Source: Paracoccaceae bacterium (GTDB taxonomy: Bacteria; Pseudomonadota; Alphaproteobacteria; Rhodobacterales; Rhodobacteraceae). Taken from it: a stretch of DNA of 64,000 nt. Numbering within the stretch: the stretch's first letter is position 1; each line of letters opens with the position of its first letter. The translations under genes were made by a program, and so were the position numbers. The notes under the pieces were generated by a model that was not told where the DNA came from, ran no database searches, and saw nothing but the letters and a program-made list of their open reading frames with translations. The stretch lies in the NCBI GenBank assembly GCA_965229695.1, contig OZ245921.1:274772-338771 (forward strand), in the 5' to 3' direction. This document shows positions 39,119-50,036 of this stretch, piece by piece.

Positions 39119-39610
39119 ATGGCCGGATCCGTCAATAAGGTGATTTTGATCGGCAATCTGGGGCGCGACCCCGAGGTGCGAAGCTTTCAGAACGGTGGCA
39201 AGGTCTGCAATCTGCGCATCGCCACCTCGGAAACCTGGAAGGACCGCAACACGGGCGAACGCCGCGAGCGGACGGAATGGCATAGCGTGGCCATTTTCCA
39301 AGAAGGCCTGGTTCGGATCGCCGAGCAGTATCTGCGCAAAGGCTCGAAGGTTTATATCGAGGGCAAACTGCAGACCCGCAAATGGCAGGACCAATCGGGC
39401 CAAGATCGCTATTCGACCGAGGTTGTGTTGCAGGGCTTTGATGGCACCTTGACCATGCTGGATGGTCGTGACGGCCCAAGCGGCGGCGGTAGCGGTGGCG
39501 GCTATTCCGATGACCGCGGCGGTTATGGCGGCGGCGGCAGCGGTGGTGGCGGCAGTGCCCCCGGTGGCTTTGGCGGCGGCAGCGATATGGATGATGAAAT
39601 CCCGTTCTAA
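39119..39610 (+). CDS. ssb: Single-stranded DNA-binding protein
   Basis: [23 protein letters not shown]-fold N-terminus, Gly-rich linker and acidic tip DMDDEIPF. Confidence 0.95.
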   Translation: MAGSVNKVILIGNLGRDPEVRSFQNGGKVCNLRIATSETWKDRNTGERRERTEWHSVAIFQEGLVRIAEQYLRKGSKVYIEGKLQTRKWQDQSGQDRYSTEVVLQGFDGTLTMLDGRDGPSGGGSGGGYSDDRGGYGGGGSGGGGSAPGGFGGGSDMDDEIPF

Positions 39611-39626
39611 GCACGCTTTGGCCATG

Positions 39627-39712
39627 CGCCGCGCCCGGAAAACACCTGGCGCGGCGGTGGGCCGATCTTGGATGCCTCCGGCGGCCATATTTCAGGGATA
39701 AAGATGAAGGGA
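39627..39712 (+). repeat. Bipartite intergenic repeat, copy A
   Basis: GC hairpin CGCCGCGCC-N12-GGCGCGGCG, then the core CCTCCGGCGGCCATATTTCAGGGATAAAGATGAAGGG. Ends 44 nt upstream of the next ATG. Confidence 0.7.
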
Positions 39713-39755
39713 GCGGCGCGCGGATTTGGCGGGCCGTGGGATAAGGACGAGGGTG

Positions 39756-40943
39756 ATGCAGCCGATCAATCCAACCTACCGCGCAACCTTTCCGCCCCCG
39801 GTGATGGAGGCGCGGCGCTGGGTCGAGGGCAAAAGCTTTCCCGCTGAGCGCCCGCTGATCAATGTCAGCCAGGCCGCCCCGGTCGATCCGCCCCCCGCCG
39901 CTTTGGCCCAAGCCATGGCCGACGCGCTGATCCACGATCCAGCGGCGCATCTTTATGGGCCCGTCCTGGGCATGCCCGAACTGCGCGCCGAACTGGCCAG
40001 CCAATGGTCGGCGGCTTATGGCGGTGCCATCTCGCCGGATCAGGTCTGTGTCACGGCGGGCTGCAACCAGGCGTTTACGGCGGTGATGTCGACCCTGGCG
40101 GGCGCGGGTGATGAGGTGATCCTGCCGCTGCCCTTCTATTTTAACCATAAGATGTGGCTGGATATGGAAGGGGTGCGCACGGTCTATCTGCCCACCGGTG
40201 ACGATTTGATCCCCGACCCGGACCAGGCCGCGGCCCTGATCACTGACAAAACCCGCGCGATTGTCTTGATCAGCCCCAACAACCCCTCGGGCGCGGCATA
40301 TCCGCCTGCGCTGATCCGTGCGTTTTTCGATCTGGCCCGCGAACGGGGGCTGGCCCTGGTCTTGGATGAAACCTATCGCGATTTTCACAGCCAGCCGGGC
40401 GCGCCGCATGATCTGTTTGCCGATCCCGATTGGGATGACACGCTGATCCACCTTTATTCCTTCTCGAAAGCCTACCGCCTGACCGGACACCGGGTGGGGG
40501 CGGCCATGGCCTCGGCCTCACGCTTGGCCGAGGTTGAGAAATTTCTGGATACGGTCGCGATCTGCCCGCCCCAGATTGGCCAGATCGGCGCGCTTTGGGG
40601 GATGCGGAACCTGGGCGATTGGCTGGCGGGCGAACGGCTGGAAATCCTGGCGCGGCGGGCGGCTTTGGTCGACGGCATGGCGCGCCTGCCCGATTGGCAG
40701 CTTTTAGGCTGCGGCGCCTATTTCGCTTATGTCCGGCACCCGTTTTCGCGCGCCTCCGGCGAGGTTGCGAAAGCGCTGGTCGAGGCGGCGGGGGTTCTCA
40801 CCCTGCCCGGCACCATGTTCGGCCCCCGCCGGGCCGAAGGCGGCACCGGCCAGGCCGAAACCACGCTGCGCATCGCCTTCGCCAATTCCGATGCCGCCGG
40901 TCTGGATGAGGTTGTCACCCGCCTAAGCCAGGTTCAGCTTTGA
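39756..40943 (+). CDS. Class I/II PLP-dependent aminotransferase
   Basis: MQPINPTYRATFPPPVMEARRW start. NPSGAAY and SFSKAY (PLP-lysine) blocks. Confidence 0.85.
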   Translation: MQPINPTYRATFPPPVMEARRWVEGKSFPAERPLINVSQAAPVDPPPAALAQAMADALIHDPAAHLYGPVLGMPELRAELASQWSAAYGGAISPDQVCVTAGCNQAFTAVMSTLAGAGDEVILPLPFYFNHKMWLDMEGVRTVYLPTGDDLIPDPDQAAALITDKTRAIVLISPNNPSGAAYPPALIRAFFDLARERGLALVLDETYRDFHSQPGAPHDLFADPDWDDTLIHLYSFSKAYRLTGHRVGAAMASASRLAEVEKFLDTVAICPPQIGQIGALWGMRNLGDWLAGERLEILARRAALVDGMARLPDWQLLGCGAYFAYVRHPFSRASGEVAKALVEAAGVLTLPGTMFGPRRAEGGTGQAETTLRIAFANSDAAGLDEVVTRLSQVQL

Positions 40944-41040
40944 TCCACTTGCCCGACCCCGCGCAAGCACGTACATGACCCCGAACCAAGCGGCTTGGCC
41001 CGACCCAAGCGCGCGCGCCCAATAGGAAGGACAGCATCAG

Positions 41041-42894
41041 ATGGCACGATCGGCCCGCAAAACCGCTTCGAATGTCTTTGTCTGGATCATTTTGGGCCTG
41101 CTGTTTGTGGCGCTGGCCGGGTTTGGGATTGGCGGCTTTGCCGGTGGCTCCAGCCGCGTTGGCTCGGTCGGGGAGGTTGAGATCACGGCCGAGGATTACG
41201 CCCGCGCCCTGCAAAACGAAATCCGCGCCCAAATCGCGCAGACCCAATCGCCGGTCACGGTCCGTGATCTGATTGCCAGTGGCACGGATCAAGCGATCCT
41301 GCGCGCTTTGTTGGCCCAGGCCGCCCTGGCGGATGAGGCTTTGACGATGGGCCTGTCGGTGGGCGATGCCGAGGTTGCGCGCCAGATCACGCAAATCCAG
41401 GCCTTCCAAGGGGTTGATGGGAATTTCAACCGCGAAGCCTATGAGTTTGAGCTGCGCCAGAACGGGCTCAGCGTGGCCGAGTTCGAAGATGATGTGCGCG
41501 AAGACACGGGGCGGTCGCTGCTGCAGGTCGCGGTGGTCGGCGGCGTGGTGCCCAATGATGTGATTGCCGAAAACATCCTGGCCTATCAGGCGGAGACCCG
41601 GAATTTCACCCTGCTGACCCTGACCGAGGACAGCCTGGCCGATGGTCTGCCCGATCCCACGCCCGAGGATTTGCAGGCCTATTACGATGACAGCCCCGAC
41701 CGGTTCGAACGGCCCGAGGCCAAGCGCATCACCTATGCCTGGGTCACGCCCTCGATGGTGATGGATGATGTGACCATCGAAGAAGACACGCTGCGCAGCC
41801 TTTATGAAGATCGGATCGAATTCTATGTGCGCCCTGAACGGCGGCTTTTGGAACGCTTGGTCTATCTTGATGCGGCCGAGGCCCAAGCCGCCTTTGACGC
41901 GATCGAGGCGGGCGAGACCGATTTCGACACCCTGGTCGAAGAACGCGGCCTGACCCTGGATGATATCGACCTGGGCGAGGTGGCTTTTGACGATCTGGCC
42001 GTCAGCGCGGCCGAGGTGATTTTTGCCGATACCGAAAGCGAGATCATTGGGCCGGTTGAAAGCAGCCTGGGCCCCGCGCTTTTCCGGGTGAACGCGGTGT
42101 TGGAACCGACCGAAGTCAGCTTTGAAGACGCCCGAGGTGACCTGCGCAGCGAATTGGCGCTCGATGCCGCCCGGCGCCTGGTCGGCGACATGCGGGAAGA
42201 GGTCGACGACCTGCTGGCGGGCGGCGCGACCCTGGAAGAGCTGGATACCGACACCGCCATGGTTCTGGGCACCATCGATTACACCATCACCAGCGAAGAC
42301 GACATCGCCGGGTATGACGCCTTCCGCGAAGCCGCCGATCTGGTGCGCGAGGGCGATTTCCCCGAGGTGTTGGACCTGTCCGATGGCGGGCTTTTTGCCC
42401 TGCGCTTGGACGAGGTTGTGCCGCCCACCGTCCCGCCCCTGGCCGAGATTGAAGGCGAGGTTGAAACCGCTTGGCGCGCGACCGAACTGCGCGCGGCCCT
42501 GGCCGACCGGGGGGAGGCGCTGGTGGCCGAGCTGGCGACGGGCGCCAATCTAGAGGATTTGGGCGCGGTCAGTACCGAAGCCCAGGTGCGTCGCCAGGAT
42601 TTCACCCCCGATGCGCCGCGCACGCTGGTGGCCCAGGGCTTCCGTCTGGTCGAGCCTGGCGATGTGGTGCTTGTGCCCGGTGCGGATCAGGCCGTGATCG
42701 CGCGGCTTGATGGGGTGAACCCCGCCGCCCGCGACGATGCGAACACCGCGCTTTTGCTTCAGATTTTGCAGCAAAGCGTCGCCCAATCCATGGCCCAAGA
42801 CCTGTTCGAGGCTTATGGCCTGGCGCTCGAGGCGGATGCGGGCATTCGCATCGACCAAACCGTGATCAACGCCGTGCATACGCAGTTCCAATAA
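41041..42894 (+). CDS. ppiD: Periplasmic chaperone / peptidyl-prolyl isomerase PpiD-like
   Basis: 617 aa. N-terminal TM anchor followed by a SurA-N-like domain. Conserved position upstream of trpE. Confidence 0.75.
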   Translation: MARSARKTASNVFVWIILGLLFVALAGFGIGGFAGGSSRVGSVGEVEITAEDYARALQNEIRAQIAQTQSPVTVRDLIASGTDQAILRALLAQAALADEALTMGLSVGDAEVARQITQIQAFQGVDGNFNREAYEFELRQNGLSVAEFEDDVREDTGRSLLQVAVVGGVVPNDVIAENILAYQAETRNFTLLTLTEDSLADGLPDPTPEDLQAYYDDSPDRFERPEAKRITYAWVTPSMVMDDVTIEEDTLRSLYEDRIEFYVRPERRLLERLVYLDAAEAQAAFDAIEAGETDFDTLVEERGLTLDDIDLGEVAFDDLAVSAAEVIFADTESEIIGPVESSLGPALFRVNAVLEPTEVSFEDARGDLRSELALDAARRLVGDMREEVDDLLAGGATLEELDTDTAMVLGTIDYTITSEDDIAGYDAFREAADLVREGDFPEVLDLSDGGLFALRLDEVVPPTVPPLAEIEGEVETAWRATELRAALADRGEALVAELATGANLEDLGAVSTEAQVRRQDFTPDAPRTLVAQGFRLVEPGDVVLVPGADQAVIARLDGVNPAARDDANTALLLQILQQSVAQSMAQDLFEAYGLALEADAGIRIDQTVINAVHTQFQ

Positions 42895-44405
42895 TGGCCC
42901 TTCTTTCCGATTTCGACAGCTTCGCCCAAGGTTGGGAGGCGGGCAAAAACCAGTTGGTTTACGCCCGGCTGACCGCCGATTTGGACACGCCGGTTTCGGT
43001 GATGCTGAAACTGACCGATGCCGGCCAGGACAGCTTCATCTTGGAATCGGTCACCGGGGGGGAAGTGCGGGGCCGCTACTCGATCATCGGCCTCAAACCC
43101 GATCTGGTTTGGGAATGCCAAGGCACTGAAAGCCGCATCAACCGCAACGCGCGCTTTGACCGCGACAACTTTGCCCCCTGCGACGTGCCGCCCTTGCAAG
43201 CGATCCGCGATCTGCTGGCGGAATCGGCCATCGAGATGCCCGGTGATCTTCCCGCCGCGGCGGCGGGGCTCTTTGGCTATCTGGGCTATGACATGATCCG
43301 GCTGGTCGAACATCTGCCGGATATGAACCCCGATGTGCTTGGCCTGCCCGATGCGGTCCTGATGCGGCCCTCGGTCATCGCGGTTTTGGACGGGGTTAAG
43401 GGGGAGGTCACGATTGTGGCCCCGGCATGGGTCAGTTCGGGCCTTTCGGCGCGCGCGGCCTACGCCCAGGCGGCTGAGCGGGTTTCAGACGCGCTGCGCG
43501 ATTTGGAACGCGCGCCCAATGCGGCCTCGCGCGTGATGGGTCAGCCTGGTCAATTGTCCGAACCGGTCTCGAACTTCGCCAAGGCCGATTACTTGGCCGC
43601 CGTCGAAACCGCCAAGGATTACATCCGCGCGGGCGATATCTTTCAGGTCGTCCCCTCGCAACGTTGGACCCAGGATTTCCCGGAACCGCCTTTTGCGCTT
43701 TACCGCGCGCTTAGGCGCACCAACCCCTCGCCCTTTATGTTCTTCTTCAATTTCGGGCCGTTCCAAGTGGTCGGCGCCAGCCCCGAAATTCTGGTGCGTG
43801 TCTTCGATGATGAGGTCACGATCCGCCCCATCGCGGGCACCCGCCCCCGCGGCGCAACGCCCGAGGAGGACCGCGCGCTAGAGGCTGACCTTCTGGCCGA
43901 TGAGAAAGAACTGGCCGAGCATCTGATGCTGCTCGATCTAGGTCGCAACGATACCGGTCGCGTCTCGAAAATCGGCACGGTGCATCCGACCGAAGAATTC
44001 ATTGTCGAACGCTATAGCCATGTGATGCATATCGTCTCGAATGTGGTGGGCGAACTTAGCGACGAACATGACGCGCTCTCCGCGCTCCTGGCCGGTCTGC
44101 CCGCAGGCACTGTGTCAGGCGCGCCAAAGGTCCGTGCGATGGAAATCATCGATGAGCTAGAGCCGGAAAAGCGCGGTGTTTATGGCGGCGGTGTCGGCTA
44201 TTTCAGCGCCGGGGGCGATATGGATATGTGCATCGCCCTGCGCACAGCGGTTGTCAAAGACGGCAAGCTTTACAGCCAGGCAGGCGGCGGCGTTGTCTTT
44301 GACAGCGACCCCGAGGCGGAATTCCAGGAAACCGTGAACAAGGCCCGCGCCATCGCGCGGGCGGCGGCGGATGCGGCCTCTTTCACCGGTGACGGGAACG
44401 CCTGA
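42894..44405 (+). CDS. trpE: Anthranilate synthase component I
   Basis: 503 aa. LESV, GDIFQVVPSQR and GGGVGYFSAGGDMDMCIALRT blocks. TAATG overlap with ppiD. Confidence 0.95.
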   Translation: MALLSDFDSFAQGWEAGKNQLVYARLTADLDTPVSVMLKLTDAGQDSFILESVTGGEVRGRYSIIGLKPDLVWECQGTESRINRNARFDRDNFAPCDVPPLQAIRDLLAESAIEMPGDLPAAAAGLFGYLGYDMIRLVEHLPDMNPDVLGLPDAVLMRPSVIAVLDGVKGEVTIVAPAWVSSGLSARAAYAQAAERVSDALRDLERAPNAASRVMGQPGQLSEPVSNFAKADYLAAVETAKDYIRAGDIFQVVPSQRWTQDFPEPPFALYRALRRTNPSPFMFFFNFGPFQVVGASPEILVRVFDDEVTIRPIAGTRPRGATPEEDRALEADLLADEKELAEHLMLLDLGRNDTGRVSKIGTVHPTEEFIVERYSHVMHIVSNVVGELSDEHDALSALLAGLPAGTVSGAPKVRAMEIIDELEPEKRGVYGGGVGYFSAGGDMDMCIALRTAVVKDGKLYSQAGGGVVFDSDPEAEFQETVNKARAIARAAADAASFTGDGNA

Positions 44406-44407
44406 GC

Positions 44408-45982
44408 CTAGCCGCCTTCCGCGTTGCGCAACAGAACCGCTGACAAAGGGGCCAGCGTGACCGCGCCCGTGCGTCCGCCCAGCGCCCAGGAAAACAGCGC
44501 TGTCACCGTATCGGGCCGCGTGCGCCCAGCGACAATCACCGTGCCGTTTTCGCCCGCCGCAAACCCGGCGCGCGACAGGAAGCGCGTGATCACCGTGGCG
44601 CGCTGATCTTCGTCATCCAACATCCGGAACAGCGTGCCCGCTGGCACATCGGCCCGGCGCGCGGTCTGTTCCGCCGCATTCAACCCGCGTGGAAAGGCCA
44701 CCAGCCCATGGCCTGTGGTGGCCAAAACATCGACCGTCGCATCCAGGATCGGTCGATCGGCTTGAATACGACCCTCTGCCGTATCCATCACGGCCACCGC
44801 CTCGGATAGGATTTGCGTCGCCCCTTCTATCGCTTGCGCCACATCGCTTTCGGTTGCGCCCTCGGGGAAGACATCGCCCCAAATCACCACTTCGAACCCG
44901 GCATCACGATAGGCCTGCGCGCGTTCAGCGGCCCCATCGCTCAGCGGATCAACGGCAAAGGCGACCGGGAATGTGAACCGGGTCAGCGTGTCCAGGGTGA
45001 GTGGGCTTTCAGGATCATCGATCAGAACCACCGCCATCAATGCCTGATCCGACGGCACATCGAAGGCGACCGCGTAATCGCGCAGGGCATTCGGCGGGGC
45101 ATCAGCCTCGGCAGCCTCGGTAGCCTCGGCGGCGGGGTCTTCTGCCGCCGCGCCGTCACCGACATCCGCGGCCGCATCAGCGGTTGCCTCGGGCTCGACC
45201 GGCGCGGTGATCTGCGGCAGGCGCGGCGCGGCGGGCTCTGTGGTTTCCACGGCGGCCAGTTCGACGGGGGCTTCCTCGGCGGGTTCCGCTTCGATCTGGG
45301 GCAAGGCTGCGGGGGTGGTCGCAACGGCGCTTGGAGCATCAGCCTCAGGCACCGATAGCGGCGCGGGCGCGGCGGGTGTCGGCGCGGTGCCATCCCCGGC
45401 CTCGGTGATCTGGGGCAGGGTCAACCCGCCGGTATCCCCCGGCTCCGGTGCGGTCGGGTTCGCGGAAATCGACGGCAGCGGCGCCGGCGCGCTATCGGGG
45501 CTGGGCGGTGTGGTTTGGCTTTCGGCCACCGGTTCTGCCACGCCACCGCTGGCGCGATCTACCGGTGCGTCACCTTCGGGCAATGTCGCGGGGGCCTCGG
45601 GCGGGGGGCGGTTGAATTCAGACCCAGCGGGCAAAGCCAGATCATCGGTGATGGCGGTTTCGCCCCCGCTACGCGGGTTCGGGGCCAGCGCCGCGTCATC
45701 ACCAGCGGCCTCTGGCGCCTCAGCCTCCTCGGCGGGCGCTTCCGCTCCGCCGTCGCTCAGATCACCCTCAATCTCCGGCTCGGCAGCAGGTTCTTCAACC
45801 GATGCGTCGGTCAAATCCGCCTCAGCCTCAGCCTCGATCGCCTCAAGCAGGGATGATGTCTGGACCTGGGGCGCTTGCCCGCCATCGCGCGGCGGCAAAG
45901 GCATGCTGAGCGAGACCGCAGCCAGCGCCACAGCCGAAACCACCAGGCCCCAAAACATCCCTATGATCAGTCCGCCGCCCAT
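44408..45982 (-). CDS. Divergent polysaccharide deacetylase (YibQ-like) with a long acidic Ala/Pro/Glu-rich linker
   Basis: 524 aa. N-terminal TM helix, a low-complexity region of roughly 290 aa, then a C-terminal MAVVLIDD...FPVAFAVDP...GFEVVIW domain. Confidence 0.7.
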   Translation of the reverse strand: MGGGLIIGMFWGLVVSAVALAAVSLSMPLPPRDGGQAPQVQTSSLLEAIEAEAEADLTDASVEEPAAEPEIEGDLSDGGAEAPAEEAEAPEAAGDDAALAPNPRSGGETAITDDLALPAGSEFNRPPPEAPATLPEGDAPVDRASGGVAEPVAESQTTPPSPDSAPAPLPSISANPTAPEPGDTGGLTLPQITEAGDGTAPTPAAPAPLSVPEADAPSAVATTPAALPQIEAEPAEEAPVELAAVETTEPAAPRLPQITAPVEPEATADAAADVGDGAAAEDPAAEATEAAEADAPPNALRDYAVAFDVPSDQALMAVVLIDDPESPLTLDTLTRFTFPVAFAVDPLSDGAAERAQAYRDAGFEVVIWGDVFPEGATESDVAQAIEGATQILSEAVAVMDTAEGRIQADRPILDATVDVLATTGHGLVAFPRGLNAAEQTARRADVPAGTLFRMLDDEDQRATVITRFLSRAGFAAGENGTVIVAGRTRPDTVTALFSWALGGRTGAVTLAPLSAVLLRNAEGG

Positions 45983-46138
45983 ATCTGCCCTCGATTTGCC
46001 CGTTTGGATCGGTCTTTGCCGAAATGGCCACGGTCGCGAAACACAAGCGGCAATCGCTTGACCCCCCGCCGAGGCTTTGAAACATGTATACCCCAGGCGC
46101 GCGGCGCCTTCACCACTTTTTCACCGAGGCGCCCGGCC

Positions 46139-46726
46139 ATGCTGCTCCTGATCGATAATTACGACAGTTTCACCTACAATCTTGTCCACTATTTGGGCGA
46201 GTTGGGGGCTGAAACCAAAGTTGTCCGCAACGATGCCATCACTGTGCAGGACGCTTTGGCCATGGCGCCTGAGGCGATTGTGCTCAGCCCCGGCCCCGGC
46301 ACGCCACAGCAATCGGGCATCTGCCTGGCCCTAACGCGCGCCGCGGCTGGCGCAGGCGTGCCGCTATTTGGCGTTTGCCTTGGGCATCAAACCATTGGCG
46401 AGGCCTTTGGCGGCGATGTCACCCGGCATCAGGAAATCGTGCATGGCAAATTGGGGGAGATTCACCACAAAGGTGCGGGCGTATTTGCGGGCCTGCCCTC
46501 CCCCCTCAAAGCCACACGCTATCATTCGTTGATCGTGGATCGCAGCACGCTGTCGCCCGAATTGGAGGTGACGGCCGAACTATCCGACGGCACCATCATG
46601 GGCCTGCGCCACCGCGAGTTGCCGATCGAAGGCGTGCAATTTCACCCAGAAAGCATCCGCTCCGAACATGGGCATCAGATGCTGAAAACCTTCCTCACCG
46701 CCGCCAAAGGAGCCGTGCCAGCATGA
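46139..46726 (+). CDS. trpG: Anthranilate synthase component II (glutamine amidotransferase)
   Basis: [23 protein letters not shown] start, GVCLGHQ catalytic Cys, GVQFHPES. Confidence 0.95.
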   Translation: MLLLIDNYDSFTYNLVHYLGELGAETKVVRNDAITVQDALAMAPEAIVLSPGPGTPQQSGICLALTRAAAGAGVPLFGVCLGHQTIGEAFGGDVTRHQEIVHGKLGEIHHKGAGVFAGLPSPLKATRYHSLIVDRSTLSPELEVTAELSDGTIMGLRHRELPIEGVQFHPESIRSEHGHQMLKTFLTAAKGAVPA

Positions 46727-47742
46727 GCGATGCGATGAAACCCCTGATCTTTGCGGCCTCCGAAGGGGCGCTGAGCCGGACGCAAGCCGATCAGGCGTTT
46801 GAAATCCTGTTCGAAGGTGCGGCCACGCCCGCGCAGATCGGCGGGCTTTTGATGGCGATGCGCACGCGGGGCGAATCCGTCGCCGAATACGCCGCCGCCG
46901 CCGCCGTGATGCGGGCCAAATGCGTGAAGGTCACAGCACCAGACCGCGCAATCGATATCGTGGGCACCGGCGGCGATGGGATGGGCACGCTGAATATCTC
47001 GACCGCCACGGCCTTTGTGGTCGCAGGCGCAGGCGTGCCTGTCGCCAAACACGGAAACCGCAACCTCAGCTCAAAATCCGGCGCGGCAGATGCGCTGGGC
47101 CAGATGGGTGTGAATGTCATGGTCGGGCCAGAGGTGGTGGAACAAGCCCTGGCCGAGGCCGGGATTGGTTTCATGATGGCCCCAATGCACCACCCGGCGA
47201 TCAAACATGTGATGCCAGTGCGCCAAGAACTGGGCACCAAGACCATCTTCAACATCCTTGGGCCGCTCACGAACCCCGCGGGCGTCAAGCGGCAGCTAAC
47301 CGGGGCCTTTGCCCCCGATCTGATCTTTCCCATGGCCGAAACGCTGAAAGAACTGGGCAGCGAGGCCGCCTGGCTGGTCCATGGCAGCGACGGCACGGAT
47401 GAGATTTCCATCGTTGGAACCACGGCGGTGGCCGCGCTGAAAGATGGGGCCATCCGCTCGCTGGAAATCCACCCCGAAGATGCGGGCCTGCCCGCGCATC
47501 CCCTGAAAGACATCCTGGGCGGCACGCCCGAGGAAAACGGGGTCGCCTTCCGCGCGCTTTTGGATGGGGCAAAAGGGGCCTATCGCGATGCGGTCCTGTT
47601 GAACGCTGCCGCCGCCCTGGTCGTGGCCGATCGCGCCGCTGATCTGCGCGATGGGGTCGAAATGGCCACCGTCAGCATCGATAGTGGCGCCGCCAAACGC
47701 GCGGTCGAAACCTTGGCCAAGGTAACCTCCGCCGCTGCCTAA
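46723..47742 (+). CDS. trpD: Anthranilate phosphoribosyltransferase
   Basis: ATGA overlap with trp[18 protein letters not shown] and KHGNRN blocks. Confidence 0.95.
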   Translation: MSDAMKPLIFAASEGALSRTQADQAFEILFEGAATPAQIGGLLMAMRTRGESVAEYAAAAAVMRAKCVKVTAPDRAIDIVGTGGDGMGTLNISTATAFVVAGAGVPVAKHGNRNLSSKSGAADALGQMGVNVMVGPEVVEQALAEAGIGFMMAPMHHPAIKHVMPVRQELGTKTIFNILGPLTNPAGVKRQLTGAFAPDLIFPMAETLKELGSEAAWLVHGSDGTDEISIVGTTAVAALKDGAIRSLEIHPEDAGLPAHPLKDILGGTPEENGVAFRALLDGAKGAYRDAVLLNAAAALVVADRAADLRDGVEMATVSIDSGAAKRAVETLAKVTSAAA

Positions 47743-47893
47743 GCCCGCGCACCTTTGGGCGTGGCAAAAGGGACTCAGCTTTTGAGCTTGGGGTTTTGCC
47801 CCCCTGACAGGGGGCAGGCCGCCTGACATTCTGGGCAAAAGCGCACTGGTCGGAACAGGCCGGGCGTTGGGGCAGACAGGTCAGGATCCGAAC

Positions 47894-48664
47894 ATGGATT
47901 GGACGCGGATGAGCGAAGCACAATTGCGTGCCAGCATTCCAGTATTCATCAATTCTTACGAACAGCTTACCTATTTGCGTGACACGGTGGATTGGTTCCA
48001 TCTGCACGGGTTCCAATGCCTCTATGTTGTTGAACAAGGCTCCACCTACGCGCCCTTGCAAGCCTATCTGAAATCCGCTGACCTGCGCAGCCGCGCTATG
48101 GTCATGCCTTTGCACCGCCATATCGGACCGCGTCGTGCCGTGCGCTATTGCGCGCAGCTAAACGGGTTTGGCACCCCGATGATCTTCACCGATCCCGACC
48201 TAGCCTTGCCCTCGCCACCCGATCTTTATTTCGCGCGCCGGATGATCGAACTGGGGCGCAAATACGATGTCGTCAAAGTGGGGCTGGCCTTGGATGTGTT
48301 TGATGAAACACGGGTCAATCAGGACATGGTGCTAGACCACAAAGACACGGTTTTCAGCGCCTATAGCCGGTTCTTTGACACGCCATTGGAACGCAATGTC
48401 TATCAGGCCGGGGTTGATACGACCTTCTTTATGTATGTGCCGCGCAAAAGCCCCCGGCCAAGAGACATCCTGCAATCGCAGCCGCGCATCCCGGCGGTGC
48501 GGATCGGCGGATCGGGGTTTTTGGCCGATCATCGCCCCTGGCTGTTCGATCATGGCATGCCACCCGAGGAAGAGGCGCATTATGCCAAGGTCGCCGGTTT
48601 TGCCTCGACCCTTTACGGGCGCGGCGCCAAGGCTGAAGAACGCGCGCGGGCGCAGGCGGGTTAA
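47894..48664 (+). CDS. Hypothetical protein, GT-A (nucleotide-diphospho-sugar transferase)-like N-terminus
   Basis: IPVFINSYEQLTYLRDTVDWFHLHGFQCLYVVEQGSTYAPLQAYL resembles GT2-like N-termini. Lower G+C than the flanking trp genes. Start 47894 or 47909. Confidence 0.5.
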   Translation: MDWTRMSEAQLRASIPVFINSYEQLTYLRDTVDWFHLHGFQCLYVVEQGSTYAPLQAYLKSADLRSRAMVMPLHRHIGPRRAVRYCAQLNGFGTPMIFTDPDLALPSPPDLYFARRMIELGRKYDVVKVGLALDVFDETRVNQDMVLDHKDTVFSAYSRFFDTPLERNVYQAGVDTTFFMYVPRKSPRPRDILQSQPRIPAVRIGGSGFLADHRPWLFDHGMPPEEEAHYAKVAGFASTLYGRGAKAEERARAQAG

Positions 48665-48704
48665 CCCCCTCGACACCATGCAACGGCCCTTCTAAGACAA
48701 GGGC

Positions 48705-49511
48705 ATGAGCACCATTCTCGATAAGATCAAAGCCTATAAGCTTGAAGAAGTCGCCGCCGCGAAAACCGAACGGTCGCGCGCTGATGTGGAAAGCGCCGCC
48801 CGTGCCGCGCCGCGGGTGCGCCCCTTTGGCGCCGCCCTGCGCGATGCGGAAGCGCGCGGCTATGGGCTGATTGCCGAGATCAAAAAGGCCAGCCCCTCCA
48901 AAGGGTTGATCCGCGCCGATTTCGACCCGCCCGAGCTGGCGCGCGCCTATGAAGCCGGGGGCGCGACCTGCTTGAGCGTGCTTACCGATACGCCCTCCTT
49001 CCAAGGCGCGCCGGAATACCTGTCGCGCGCGCGGGCGGCGACCGCCCTGCCCTGCCTACGCAAGGATTTCATGTATGACACCTATCAGGTGGCCGAAGCG
49101 CGCGCCTGGGAGGCCGATTGCATTCTGATCATCATGGCCAGTGTGGATGACGGCCAAGCTGCCGAGTTGGAGGATGCCGCCTCTCACTGGGGTATGGATG
49201 CGCTGATCGAGGTGCATAACGGGGCCGAATTGGAGCGCGCCCTGGCACTCAAGAGCCCGCTTTTGGGGATCAACAACCGCGATCTAAACACATTTGCCAC
49301 CTCGCTTGAGACCACCAAAGACCTTGCCAAACGCGTGCCAGAGGATCGCATGGTGATCTCGGAATCCGGTCTGTTCACGCCCGAGGATTTGGCCGAGATG
49401 GCCCAGCATGGCGCACGCAGTTTTTTGATCGGCGAAAGCCTGATGCGGCAAAGCGATGTGACCGCCGCGACCCAAGCGCTTTTGTCAAACCCAATCCCGG
49501 TTGGGGCCTAA
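48705..49511 (+). CDS. trpC: Indole-3-glycerol-phosphate synthase
   Basis: 268 aa. [24 protein letters not shown] and INNRDL blocks. Confidence 0.95.
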   Translation: MSTILDKIKAYKLEEVAAAKTERSRADVESAARAAPRVRPFGAALRDAEARGYGLIAEIKKASPSKGLIRADFDPPELARAYEAGGATCLSVLTDTPSFQGAPEYLSRARAATALPCLRKDFMYDTYQVAEARAWEADCILIIMASVDDGQAAELEDAASHWGMDALIEVHNGAELERALALKSPLLGINNRDLNTFATSLETTKDLAKRVPEDRMVISESGLFTPEDLAEMAQHGARSFLIGESLMRQSDVTAATQALLSNPIPVGA

Positions 49512-49514
49512 GCG

Positions 49515-49994
49515 ATGCCCAAGCTTTCCCATTTCGACGAGGCGGGACAGGCACATATGGTTGATGTCTCGGCGAAAGAGGTCACCGACCGGATCGCCGT
49601 GGCCGAAGGCTGGATCAAGATGCAGCCAGAAACCTTGGCCTTGGTGACCGAGGGCACAGCGAAAAAGGGTGATGTGTTGGGCGTCGCGCGCTTGGCCGGG
49701 ATCATGGGGGCGAAGAAAACCGCCGATCTGATCCCGCTTTGTCATCCTCTGCCCGTAACCAAGGTGACAGTGGATTTAGAAGCCGATGCCGACCTGCCCG
49801 GTGTGCGCATCATAGCAACGGTCAAGACCACCGGGCAAACCGGAGTGGAGATGGAAGCGCTGAGCGCTGTGTCAGTGGCCGCGCTGACGGTCTATGACAT
49901 GGTGAAAGCCGCGGAAAAGGGGATGGAGATTGGCGGCATCCGCCTGGTGTCGAAATCCGGCGGCGCGTCAGGGGAATGGGAGGCACCGCGGTGA
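49515..49994 (+). CDS. moaC: Cyclic pyranopterin monophosphate synthase
   Basis: 159 aa. [28 protein letters not shown] and GVEMEAL blocks. Confidence 0.95.
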   Translation: MPKLSHFDEAGQAHMVDVSAKEVTDRIAVAEGWIKMQPETLALVTEGTAKKGDVLGVARLAGIMGAKKTADLIPLCHPLPVTKVTVDLEADADLPGVRIIATVKTTGQTGVEMEALSAVSVAALTVYDMVKAAEKGMEIGGIRLVSKSGGASGEWEAPR

Positions 49995-50036
49995 GCCAGG
50001 GATTGCGCTGCCTGCGGCATCGCCGGGGCGCATTTT

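Noticed and set aside
38924-39688. Upstream two-thirds of the 447-aa minus-strand ORF 38345-39688
   Set aside because: Only the last 192 codons (from MRAVF..., with a signal peptide and SLT motifs) look like a real protein. The rest is antisense to ssb and its Gly-rich tail.
39704-39850. Small ORF starting at the ATG inside repeat core A (ATGAAGGGAGCG...)
   Set aside because: It is out of frame with the downstream aminotransferase. The ATG is not conserved in copy C (AGAGGG), and the translation is low-complexity.
47797-47816. Hairpin TGCCCCC-N6-GGGGGCA downstream of trpD, considered as a terminator
   Set aside because: No T run follows it on the + strand. The T run lies on the wrong side for any neighbouring gene, so it cannot be called a terminator.
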